Assembly (NCBI GenBank): GCA_030248215.1
Contig: JASANG010002574.1
Span: forward strand, 248,001-312,000
Length of the DNA stretch: 64,000 nucleotides
Reading direction: 5' to 3'
Source of the DNA: Enoplolaimus lenunculus
Taxonomy: Eukaryota
In this document: piece after piece, positions 54,701 to 63,849 of the stretch
Layout: each line of letters starts with the position of its first letter
How positions within the stretch are numbered: position 1 is the stretch's first letter
The notes under the pieces: model-generated
Told to the model about the DNA's origin: nothing
The model's input: only the letters and a program-made list of their open reading frames with translations
Databases searched by the model: none
Program-made: the position numbers and the translations under genes

Positions 54701-57446
54701 TGAAACAACGCAACATTATACATTGCAAAAAATGGTGAGTCAAAATGACTCTCTTCAAAATAGGCTCTACGGGACTACCCAAACTGAGTCGAATTCGATT
54801 CCGCCAGAATCAAACGTGCGACTCAGTGAGTTGAATTTGACTCTGGCGGAGTCGAGTTTGACTCAGTTTGTGTAGTCCTGTACAGCCCATTTCGGATAGA
54901 GTCAATTTGACTCACCATTTTTTGCAGTGTACGCTCGTGAAGTGAATCGGTATCTAAAATCACAAATCAAAAATTCATACCTACTCGCTAGTTCATTTAG
55001 TTTTGCAACTATTAATGTTGTTTACTTTAGCCAGTGAAAATATGTTTTCAAGCGTCATGCCGGTAAAACTATCTTTTGTTCAAATCTATTTTAGTTGCAA
55101 AATAATATTTTAGAAAAGTTTTCCAAATTTAGAAAATTGCAAATTTAGGAATATATATACACAGGGGCCTGTAGCCAGGTCACTTTGCTAGGAGGGTCGA
55201 AAAAATTTTCAGGAGGGGCGTACAAGCGTTTTCGATGACCTACAAGCAAGGTTGAAAATATTTACGGGGGCATTCGTCCAGGTGAGGCTGAGCCCGCTAG
55301 CTCCCCACTGGCTACAGGCCTGTACATGATCACGGTCGTCGGATTGTGAGGCATTTGAACTGTGACATAATAACCCTTAATGCACCAGTATGTACTGTAG
55401 CGACCCGAATAAGAGGGGGTAATAAGAGGGGTCCCCATTTTGAGTCCCAATCAAGAGTCCGTATCCATAATAAGAGTCCGTAAGCGGATAGAGTCTTTGA
55501 ACCCTTATTAGAGTCTATAAATGTGAATTATATATTTCTAATTGTAGCACGACTCCGGGACCGAATAAAGTTGAGTTCGAAACTTTAAAGCATACTTAAG
55601 TTTTGAAAGTACATTCCTAAAAGTATATCCTTGTATTATGGCTCTATAGTTTTTGATACAAGACAAATATATACACAATTCAACAGATAGTTGCAATACC
55701 CGATATATTGTAAACGAATGTCGGCGCGCACAGCGGGAGAAAAACATATAACAATCCGTAACCCAATGACAAGGGGGTAGCCTCTGGAGAGGCCAAATAA
55801 ATATCATCAGCCCCCTCTCTTATTCGGGTCACTACAGTACACAAGGTTCAAACGCGGCATAAACAAAGGTATGTTGTCAAAATGATATTACACGAGAGTC
55901 CCCTCTGGTTTGGAGTGATTCTTTCGACGTGGTTTAGCGGTTATGATATGCGATTAAAAATTTAATCTTATCCCGTCTATAAATCTAGTTACCCCCAACA
56001 ATTAACAGTTTCCGGTTGGCTGGAAACGTTTAACTCAGCAACCAATCAGAATTGAAATCCTCAAACACGGCACAAATCTGATTGGTTTGTTTTGTTGAAA
56101 ATATTATTAACCAACCTGTTGAAACTGTTGAATTGAAAATTCATTGAACCGCGATCGTGAGCTTCCGCTTCCGCGCCCGAGTGGACTAAAAACAGCGACT
56201 GACGGCCGTTTGCTTGAAAATCGACGCATACTTGTCAACATTTCGCGGGCAACCTGAAACCATATTTTAAAATTTTTAAAAAAATATTTATTTATTACAA
56301 ATAAGTTATTTAATTAAAAATGCGTTTAATTCGGGTCATATGACTGCCCTACCGTTCTAAAAGTGATAAGGAAAATATGGTAATGTGACAGGATGTCGTC
56401 CGATTCCCCAAAATGATAAAGAAACTGGATTGGAGCCATCTGAAAGTATTCCAGCGCAGGGCAAAACGAAGATGCGTGTAGAAGATTATACGAGACTTCC
56501 TAGTTGAGTTAAAACTTTTCTGGAGGTTGGAGCAAAATTTTTCCAAATTGGACGCCGCGGGTACGATCACAAAACAGTCAGTTTTATATGATTTTTAAAT
56601 TATAAATGTATTTTTTGAATGTCGTAAAATTTTACGACTTTCTAAGCTCAAAAATGTCTAGCAACTTTCGCTATAATGCTTAAAATTAGCTGTCTTGCGC
56701 AATATGCTACATAAATTCGGGTCACTAAATTAAAATTCGTTATTTAATTCCAGTTCACTCTGTTTTAAAATCATACTCATTTTCGAAACCAAATCATATC
56801 CAGAAACACAACCTATCGGTGATAAAATATCCTGTGGCCCGGTTGACATTTGTGCCACGGAACAAAACTGAACAAACTGCCTTTGGTCATGTAATTTTAG
56901 CCTAAATATTCAGCAGGCAACAAAGCCATTTATATCAACACGTCTGCAGTGCCAATTTTTAGGACCAGGCTGGTACTGCAGTGTGCTTGCGAATTAGCAT
57001 TTGACGGTATATTTGAACGGTAAGCCTATGTGAAGCAAAAAGATTTATATATGCGCACATATACCGGTATATGAAGTTGTTACAATGACCACATAATGCA
57101 AATGGTAGCAAGCTTGACTCGAGTGTAAGAACGCTGAGGTTCGATTCCTGGAGCGGCCGTTAACTTTGTGCAAAACTTCGAACACGGGATCGTGCAGACC
57201 GTATAAATGCAACAAATAAATAGTTTAAATTTATTTGAAAAATAATTCAAGTCATTAAATGCTTACAACTTTTAAATTATAATTCGACGCCGTCAAATCG
57301 TTGCTACTTCCTGCTGGATTTGTTCGATGATCGGCACCAACGTCTAACGCAGCGAGTCCGCTAATCGATTTACTATGACCGACAGTATGGCTTAGGCTGC
57401 TACAATCTCCTGTTGGTGTATCAATGATTATTTGATTTGAAGCCAT
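3577..57446 (-). CDS. rsbp-1: R7BP/R9AP-family membrane anchor of R7 RGS proteins (RSBP-1-like); join of 57267-57446, 56116-56253, 7996-8165, 7000-7196, 5765-6053, 4929-4999, 3577-3680; 1149 nt, 382 aa
   Basis: All six introns are GT..AG with matching phases (0,0,2,1,2,1). Motifs LMQEVNQLLASYRQLLLLFGT..D..QVRAEL..TRQ, EF...FIGAVSAFVNEMKRSL.L...FP, ENILGVLENAVTVHFSTN and a polybasic+Cys tail ending KTTYA match, from memory, RGS7BP/RGS9BP and nematode RSBP-1. Confidence 0.8.
4929..4999 (-). CDS. rsbp-1: rsbp-1-like exon 6
   Basis: ttgttttAG acceptor, (Q)DILEAENILGVLENAVTVHFSTN, GTAAGT donor; phases 2 and 1 bridge exons 5 and 7. Confidence 0.85.
5460..5650. repeat. Family M interspersed repeat (~190 bp, no clear TIRs)
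   Basis: Shared ttccarcat(t)actttgtt..ac...tgcatacagat...cattcgctaacttttg.gcat.gc.caaa..cggctgact at 18050-18245, 18410-18580 and 32780-32945 (reverse). Confidence 0.6.
5765..6053 (-). CDS. rsbp-1: rsbp-1-like exon 5 (low-complexity linker with polyQ)
   Basis: tttaatAG acceptor, GGGDTPKSELTTTAG...QQQQQQQPNSPNKP...EEYVNLN; GTAAGT donor at 5764, phase 2. Confidence 0.8.
6761..6977. mobile_element. Family B MITE (~210-220 bp, almost fully palindromic, CACTGCAAAAAATGGTGAGTCAAATTGACTC TIRs, 2-bp TSD)
   Basis: TA TSD here. Copies: 7647-7860, 16832-17040, 41932-42151 (TG TSD), 54721-54929 (TA TSD); halves at ~1990-2092 and ~3385-3506. Confidence 0.85.
7000..7196 (-). CDS. rsbp-1: rsbp-1-like core exon 4
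   Basis: ctAG acceptor, (N)ESLESQASTEFTNQASQFIGAVSAFVNEMKRSLSLLESFPDG...LQA; GTACGT donor, phase 1. Confidence 0.85.
7996..8165 (-). CDS. rsbp-1: rsbp-1-like core exon 3
   Basis: tgtttcAG acceptor; LMQEVNQLLASYRQLLLLFGTPLSDTAQVRAELVSTRQQCLRCCDTAKNYVLPQLK; GTAAG donor, phase 2. Confidence 0.85.
8316..8596. repeat. Long AT-rich inverted repeat (foldback), ~110-bp arms
   Basis: 8316-8427 is the reverse complement of 8485-8596 with few mismatches. Confidence 0.8.
9746..10880. repeat. 93-bp tandem minisatellite, ~12 units
   Basis: Unit aagtttcagttgaatcRaaaaattattaaaaaattttaaaatgaacttcaactgatgcctgatttgttgagctttgatcagttgatttctga recurs every 92-93 bp. Confidence 0.95.
13082..13240. mobile_element. 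Family E hAT-type MITE (CRGGCCCGTAGCCA TIRs, ~160 bp, 8-bp TSD)
   Basis: TSD ggtcctac here and tgcttaac at 15789-15953. Copies at ~4298-4891 (split), 11020-11180, 12518-12672, 23440-23585, 31948-32108, 34032-34557 (split), 38528-38688, 39198-39358, 43680-43853, 45180-45336, 52982-53135, 55163-55323, 61600-61700. Confidence 0.85.
13448..13503. repeat. (AAT)n microsatellite
   Basis: Perfect run. Similar simple repeats at 820-848 and 35464-35494 (ATT) and 45690-45760 (GTT). Confidence 0.9.
16678..16770 (-). CDS. candidate alternative first exon (proximal start, 31 aa)
   Basis: aatATG, MATATLQHGLRRTMMVLSGTPAELPSSRHQQ, CAG|GTAAGC donor, phase 0; GC-richer island in AT-rich flanks. Confidence 0.55.
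20427..21090. mobile_element. CACAC...GTGTG non-autonomous element with 2-bp TSD (CMC/EnSpm-like)
   Basis: cacacaaaataaattgtctt at left, aagacaacttattttgtgtg at right, TG on both sides; many internal AAGACA/TCTTGA motifs. Confidence 0.65.
23674..24040. repeat. 38-bp tandem array (7 units) plus a duplicated ~69-bp terminal block
   Basis: Unit ttttagcggttttggtaaatttggctatttcatatata; tail ttagtgtacagaaatatgccgctataaacga occurs twice. Confidence 0.9.
24255..24606. mobile_element. Family I element (~355 bp, CTNTCTAAAA..TTAAACT TIRs, TA TSD)
   Basis: TA-flanked; interior rich in TTAAAC/GTTTAA. Copies at 27637-27990 (reverse) and 34189-34547. Confidence 0.75.
25607..26106. repeat. Imperfect (AAC)n microsatellite, ~500 bp
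   Basis: Directly visible; it explains the poly-T/Q/N/C/V/L ORFs in this interval. Confidence 0.95.
27997..28223. mobile_element. Family G hAT-type MITE (CAGCGGCGGATCCA TIRs, 8-bp TSD)
   Basis: TSD agtagagt. Copies at ~2280-2570, 17528-17728, 27038-27244 (TSD (a/g)ttgttgc), 36180-36345, 37140-37345, 43278-43495, 52592-52818. Confidence 0.75.
28500..28750. repeat. 21-bp GC-rich tandem array (~11 units) next to a hairpin
   Basis: Unit gacggacggc(a/g)ccatacggat; inverted repeat at 28420-28494 directly upstream. Confidence 0.9.
29773..29995. mobile_element. Family D MITE (GRGCCCRTATTCTCAAATG..GCACCTATCA TIRs, ~220 bp)
   Basis: ~45-bp TIRs. Copies at 39746-39970, ~40820-41023, ~48786-48930, ~50140-50555 (interrupted), ~59995/60885-60931 (split), ~63040-63240. 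TSD not resolved. Confidence 0.75.
32989..33150. mobile_element. Family L small TIR repeat (CGACAA/TTGTCG-rich, often with a short TTAGGC run)
   Basis: Shared core taatccgaaatttcatcgactcgacaatt at ~11750-11905, 29262-29440, 41603-41810 (reverse), ~42500-42670. Confidence 0.55.
35103..35360 (-). CDS. candidate second exon of the middle isoform (86 aa)
   Basis: 49-nt intron from the 35409 donor to a ttgcAG acceptor; open frame LHASIQMLQITGGRSPRP...NYFTTHC; donor GTACGT (same as at 6999), phase 0, compatible with exon 7996-8165. Confidence 0.45.
35410..35454 (-). CDS. candidate alternative first exon (MAPVTEIRDQASLHK)
   Basis: ATG at 35454, consensus AAG|GTAAGT donor, phase 0. Confidence 0.5.
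35716..35888. mobile_element. Family J foldback MITE (CAAGAGT TIRs, 7-bp TSD; P/Galileo-like)
   Basis: ~50-bp TIRs, TSD gtataac. Copy 42744-43085 has TSD gtaaaag; copy ~46721-47135 is preceded by gtattat. Confidence 0.75.
50842..51104. mobile_element. Family H piggyBac-type MITE (CCCYTTCTCACAT TIRs, TTAA TSD) with an internal tRNA-like segment
   Basis: TTAA at 50838-50841 and 51105-51108, CCC...GGG termini. Copies at 30997-31261, 49307-49544, ~49724-49905, 57736-58917 (interrupted), 58951-59200; fragment at ~16540-16600. Confidence 0.85.
55395..55837. mobile_element. Family F element (~440 bp, CTGTAGTGACCCGAATAAGAG TIRs, TA TSD; Tc1/mariner-type target)
   Basis: TA on both sides of the TIRs; second copy at 4378-4819. 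Confidence 0.8.
56116..56253 (-). CDS. rsbp-1: rsbp-1-like exon 2 (46 aa)
   Basis: ggtttcAG acceptor, VAREMLTSMRRFSSKRPSVAVFSPLGRGSGSSRSRFNEFSIQQFQQ, CAG|GTTGGT donor, phase 0-0. KRPS...RGSGS recalls the vertebrate R7BP N-terminus. Confidence 0.7.
56353..56439 (-). CDS. candidate alternative first or cassette exon (29 aa)
   Basis: ctttcAG|ATG, MAPIQFLYHFGESDDILSHYHIFLITFRT, donor GTAGGG, phase 0, 99-nt intron to exon 2. Confidence 0.3.
57098..57162 (+). repeat. Degenerate tRNA-derived (SINE-head-like) fragment
   Basis: A-box-like gcaaatggtagc and B-box aggttcgattcct at tRNA-like spacing; no complete cloverleaf. Confidence 0.35.
57267..57446 (-). CDS. rsbp-1: rsbp-1-like exon 1 (distal start, 60 aa)
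   Basis: ATG at 57446, MASNQIIIDTPTGDC...NYNLKV, donor GTAAGC at 57266, phase 0. Confidence 0.65.
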
Positions 57447-57778
57447 ACGATTATTTCTTAAGTCTTATATTTGGATTTACAGTTTAAATTTTAAATGAAT
57501 AATACGCTTCTATTAAAGGTTCATGGTAAACAATAGCAAAAAAGGAATCATAGCTAATAGCTGGATTGGTGTGGTTTTTGTGAGCGAGCTGGAACTGTTG
57601 CAAAAGAATTCAATACTGATACAGCGTATGCTTTGACGCTTGCTTCGATCACGAGGTTAAGATTTGGCTGATATAACGATTCGTTCATCCCTCTGAACTG
57701 ACTCAACTTTGAAATTTTTGATTGTGAAACATTAACCTCTTCTCACATAGCGCAGTGTATATATATATATACGTTAAA

Positions 57779-58627
57779 CCAGTCGTAGTGGGACTACATT
57801 TATTGATCGAAGCTCGAACACACGTAAGCAATTAAGGTAATATGCAAATTAGTTATTAGCTAACTATTCATTTATCGGTTTTGGAGGTTTGTAAGCAATT
57901 TCCTCAGATTCCTCGCACCCAAAAACACTTCAGCCACCCTATAATTTTTGGAATAATTTAAAAAATCCTAATTTTGTCTTGTCAATTAAGCTAATATGCA
58001 AATTAACTATTAGCTAACTGTTCAATTATCGGTTTTGGAGGTTTGTAAACAATTTATTCAGATTACTCGCACCCAAAAACCTTCAGTGAACGCTGAAAAT
58101 TATTGAAATAATTTAAAAAGTCCTAGTTTTGTCTTGTCAATTAAGCTATTATGCAAATTAGTTATTAGATCACTATTCAATTATCGGTTTTGGATGTTTG
58201 TAAACTATTTATTCAAATTCCTTGCACCTAAAAACCCTTTAGTGCTGAAATTATATCGCTTTTAACCTTAATAATTAGTGAAAGATTGTTAAAAGTCCTA
58301 ATTTAGGCTTATAAACTATGCTAATATGCAAATTATCTAATAGCTAACTGCTCAATTATCGGTTTTGGAGGTTTGTAAACAGTCTACGCAGATTCCTCGC
58401 ACCCAGAAACCCTTTAATGCTAAAATTAGATTGCTTCTAACTGTAATAATTAGTGAAATATTGTGGAAAGTCCTAATTTAGGCTTAATTAATTATGCAAA
58501 TTAGCCTGTAGCTAATAAACAGCTTAAAATTTTAAAACCCCAATGCGAGGTTAACACTTCAGGATAATTGGCTTTCAAACAAAAAAGTTTGAGATTCTTT
58601 TCGGAAGCTCGGAGTTTCGCTTCGCTC
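57779..58627 (-). mobile_element. Putative Helitron/Helentron-like non-autonomous element with internal ~155-175-bp tandem repeats
   Basis: Interrupts a family H copy. On the minus strand it starts TGAGCGAAGCGA and ends with hairpin GTAGT-CCC-ACTAC then CTGG/T. Repeats start near 57840, 57994, 58149, 58324, 58493. Confidence 0.5.
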
Positions 58628-61600
58628 AATAATATATATCGCACAGTGTTTAACAATTGCAACACGTATACAAAGTACTAAATCACCACAAGACGTGAGA
58701 GCCCCCTCGGGCTCGAGCGTCAAGCTCCTATAGCTGAGTAGTGATGGTATACGCCTTACTAAATCACCACAAGACGTGAGAGCCCCCTCGGGCTCGAGCG
58801 TCAAGCTCCTATAGCTGAGTAGTGATGGTATACGCCTCCCACTCCAGTCACTGGAGTTCGAATCCTTGCATAAAAGTAGGTCTCAGGGGAAATAGAAAAT
58901 ATTCATGTGAGAAAGGGTTAAGCGAAAAATTTTCAGTTTACTATCTATAACCCCTTCTCACACTGAGTTGCCTACAGGCAACTCAACGCAGTGTATATAC
59001 GTTAAATAGTTGTTTAACAATTGCAACACGTATACAAAGTACTAAATCACCACAAGACGTGACAGCCCCCTCGGGCTCGCGCGTCAAGCTCCTATAGCCG
59101 AGTGGTGATGGTACATGCCTCCCATTCCGCTCACTGGAGTTCGAATCCTTGCGTAAAAGTAGGTGTCAGGAGAAATAGAAAATATTCATGTGGTAAAGGG
59201 TTAATTTTATAAAATTTAACCAAACATTTTGTTCAGTTCCCAATGAGCTTAAGCCTATAAGCGGACGCAAAATAATAGTGTAGCGCTTAAGCTTATTCCG
59301 TTTCAGTCTCACAGAAAAACGGTCCGCACCTGATGTTTACATTTGCTTAAACAATTTGAACGACAATGATAAATGACGCTAATATTAATTTAAACGCAAA
59401 AATTATTCGAACATTAACCAAGGCTTTCACTTTAGGCACAATTTCCGATCAAGTGTCACAATTAATTTTAACCAAATGGAAACAGGTATTTTCGAACTCG
59501 TTTTAAAATGTGAGCTTAAGCGTGGCGTTTTTCAGCTTTACCTTATAAACTCAAGTATATTTATGCTTACAAAATAAACAATAGAAAAATCGAAATATTT
59601 CATACTTGAAAAAATTATCTATATATACATACATACATATATCTATATATAAATATATATTAATATATATTTATTTATTTATAAATTTATTTTATTTATT
59701 TTATTTATTTATTTATATATTTATTTATATAGTATATTTGCCTGCTATAATTTTAAACCAAATATAATTCTGTAATTATAAATTACAATTAAGTATGACG
59801 AATGACCGCTAACGCAGAAATAATTGAAATGATAAATAGGCTGAGAAAAATTAATTGAAACAAAGAACTGTTTGAAAGTTGTGATATTCAAAGCGGAATT
59901 TCGTGTTTATTGCAGTCTGATTAAAATTAGCTGTAGGATTCAAAACTACGAATGTTGTGCTAAAAATAGAACAAAAGCTTTCAGCTAAAATCTGTGCCTG
60001 TATTCTCAAATGTATTTAGCATCTATAATCAGTAGGCGAAATAGTGTGCTATGTTTGACCCGGAGCCTGAGTTGCAATAGTACACAATTTATGAAAATGT
60101 TTTGTACTGTTTCACACGTATCCCATTTTTGTATTTAAAGTAAATTCAAACTGTGATTTTAATATCAGCTGTATGATTTCGAAAACAGCGTCGTATGTCA
60201 CGTTGACACTTCAAGCGATTTATCTCGCTTTCTATACGTTTGAATATGTAGTTTTAGAGCGTTTGTGGCATGGGTTTTTATTATAGCAAGCAATAATCTT
60301 AACCCCAGCCCCGGAAAAAATCCTGGCTCCGAGACAACTCTAATTGGAAGTTGAAAATTTAAGCTTCGAAATATAGTATACATATTGCATTTGATACGCA
60401 GTTAATTCTGTGCAAATTATTAATTTCAAAATTGCACAAAACAAGTGACATTTCTTGCAAAACACATTTAGTGCTCTAGATATACTAAAATTTGTCATTA
60501 AACTCAGGCTATTAGTACGCGTTCTGTACGACACTCGGCCAATCCGATTCGAAACAGGTTGTTCAACATATCACTACTAAATTCAACATCTACATCCACG
60601 AATTCTGTTATATTCTAACAACTCTTTGAAACTAACCTTTACCCGTGCATTCCTAAGCTATAACCTTCATTAACCATATTTAGTCTTTTTGTTTACTTTC
60701 CTATGTATCGTAGAGACGTCTTTATTTACATTTTAAGAAACTCTATTGATAATATATTGCGAAAACACAGTTGGTGCGTTGTAACCGACAAAAAATTTAC
60801 ATGCATAATGCATATGCAAATCAAAAATTGAGCCAACAACCATCTAAACGCGACCTCGCTCAGGCGAGGTCGCGAATAAGCTAGAACCTATTGCTAACTG
60901 GTGACATGTGATATATTTAAAGTAGGGGCCCCCGATAAAATTGGTTTATATGAACCTTTGTTCCGCTTAAATCACAAACGTTACAGGAAACAGTTCACAG
61001 CGGGGTAACTTCAGAATGACCAATGGTCAAAGTTATATGCTTTGGGTGAACACAATTTTCCGCCTATTTGGAGCCCTGAAATACAGCGGAAATGCGAACC
61101 TTATAAAATCGACCAATCGAAAATCTTGACGCCACATATTCAGTACTCGTCAATGTTGGAAGTGGACCATTACTGGGGACCAGTGACCAGGATCACCCAC
61201 GAACCTTCATCCTGACCAGCAGCAACCCGTTTGACATATGACTTAGGGTATATCACCAACTAAAGTTGACGAAATAGTGGACGCATGTTTAGAACAGAGC
61301 TGGAACGTTTTCCGGCGGGACTATAATCAAGTTAGCTTAAGCTTTAGACTAATTTTTTTGCTTAGGCTTAGGCTTAATAAAGTTAGGCTTAGGCTAGGCT
61401 TAGGCTTAGGTATAGGCTCATTCTTACGCTCAGGCTTAGGCTTATGCTTAGCCTTAGGTTTAGGAATATCCATATACTATTGTTCCGACCCTGTTCTATC
61501 ATTGGATAAATAGTGGATGTACTCGTAAACACGAACTAATTAAGAAAAATAACGGCAGCAATAAAAAATGGGCAAAACACTGACTCGAGATTTCAACCGC

Positions 61601-63598
61601 TCTGCATTTTCAACTTTGCTTCTAAGTCATTGAAAACCCTTGTATGCCCATCCTGAAAAATTCTAGCCTCCCTAGCAAGGTGAGCTGGCTCCGGGCCTGC
61701 CGGAGATCCGCATCCAAATTTGATTCCGACCTTTTCTTACATAATTTTCGAAGAATCATGTTAATATAAAAAATCAACACGAACACGTAATAAATAAATA
61801 ATCTGCTGTGTTAGCTTACAAAATAAAGCGGAAGTCGATTTTAAGCCAATTCGCTAGCTAAGGTTTAACTTCATTAGCTAACACCGGTTTGCGCTATTTA
61901 GGCAAATGAAAAGAACGTCCGGTTCAACTCACGGTTGAAAACTTAATGTCTAAAACTCGAGGTTTTTTAGTAAAACCAAAAACAACTGGTTCATACTAAA
62001 GTCGTTTACCTATTTTTATCATTAGTTGCCTGGCAATAGAGTGAAAAAACCTATTTGATAAGAGACGTCCCAAATATAGGCCTACTCGGATTGTATTTCG
62101 TTTCAAGAAGTTGACAACGAACACTGTATGAATACCAGTGAGTTAATTTTAACTCCGAATGGAACTGAATCAACTCCAAAAGCCTGAGCTCTGAATTATG
62201 TCTTGTCATAAATATTGGCCTACTCGGATTGTATTTGGTTTCAAAAAGTTGAAAATGAACACTGTATGAATTCCAGTGAGTTAATTTTAACTCCGAATGG
62301 AGTTGAATCAACTCCAGAAGCCTGTGTTCTGAATTTGGTCTTTTAGAACTCAGAAATTTGAATTGATTGAACTCTTTCTGATTATCAAATCATTCGGAAT
62401 TAAATCAGCTCAGAGCGAGTTGATGTTTCGCGTTATTAAATCAGAAATGACCAGAAATGACTAATTCGCCGTGTTTGTTGAATAATCAACTCATCAGAAA
62501 TTCAGGAAATCAAAATAATTAGCGTTCTTCAGGCAGTAATTGCTGCAAAACTTATCGTTTATTTTATTATATTTCTTAACTGTCTACAATGTGTCGTGTA
62601 TCTATCGTAAGCTTACTTTTAGTCAAAGGCTTAAGCTAAAGCTGTATTTAATTCTAATATCTAAGACGAATGGAAAAATGTAAAGATAAGTGGTGGAACG
62701 TTTTTTGCGGGGCTGTAATAGAGTAAGTAAGCTTATGCTTTACGCTATTTTTTTGGTTAAGCTTAGGCGTAAGCGCATTCGTTCGCTTAGGCTTAGGCGT
62801 AGGAATATGATTATACACTACTGTTATGGCCCTCTTTCTTATACATTGGTTGAGGAATTGTAACTCAACGCTGTGTATTTACTTTACAAATAATTATTTA
62901 AAATTTGGTTAATCAATAGGAGGGAGGTACACTCAGCCTGACGAGATCAAACCTAAGCCTACTTAAGTCTTAAGTTATAAGCCAAAATCTGAAAATTACT
63001 AAACGTATGGGTGTGAAAGTACCATTGTCAATATTGTGAACAGCAACTATCATCAGTTAGTAATAGGTTTTCAAACTCACTAAACTAATGCAGTTGCTGA
63101 ACTCAAAATTGCTACAGAAGTAGAGTAAATCATATGCGAAAAATGCTGAATTTTAAGCCTCAGCATTCACTTGGTCAAAACTTACAAAACATATCACCAA
63201 ATGGTGATAGGTGCTACACACTTTTATAAGAATACAAGCTTAGAACTCAAAACACGGCCCATCCTGAAGTATTTATAAGTGCGACATGCGTGTACCACAA
63301 GTCTCAAATGAAGCTTTAAAATTGGCCACTTATAAAACGAACAAACACAAAAAAATAAACGTAAACAGAAATAAAATATATTTCATTTTTGTTTTTGCTT
63401 ATTTTTAGTGAAATGTGGCGTTAAAATGATGAAATGATGAAATCAGAAAAGTCATTTATATTTGACAGGCTGTATCTTCCTTCATTATGTTCTATTTACC
63501 GGTTTTATCTTTTTTATAAAATACATTTTTCCGCATATTAATAGAAAGATCCAAACGATCAAGAAATAGACAGGATTGCAATACGTAACTGTTTTATC

Positions 63599-63849
63599 CA
63601 GGACCGGAGCAGTCATCCCCCGTTCCTTCCATTTAGGAGAGCCCCACCCGTAAAGGAACCCCCACCGTAACCGATTGAAACAAAAACCGACCAAGTTTTA
63701 AACTGGGTCTGGCTACTCGCTCGTTTCGCTGGGTCTGGCTACTCGCTCGTTTCGCTGGGTCTGGCTACTCGCTCGTTTCGCTCGCGAGTTCGGGTGCCTC
63801 CGATCTGAAGTTTAGAGGAAGCCCCCCACCCATGTCTGCTTCGGCACTG
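63599..63849. mobile_element. Family K hAT-type MITE (CAGKGCCGGAGCAG TIRs, 8-bp TSD)
   Basis: Perfect TSD gttttatc. Copies at ~7617-7983, 18913-19082, 21479-21649, 34790-35039 (TSD (g/a)atataaa). Confidence 0.75.

Noticed and set aside
61359..61465. True telomere or chromosome end
   Set aside because: Short, degenerate TTAGGC runs inside TIR-bounded elements in both orientations.
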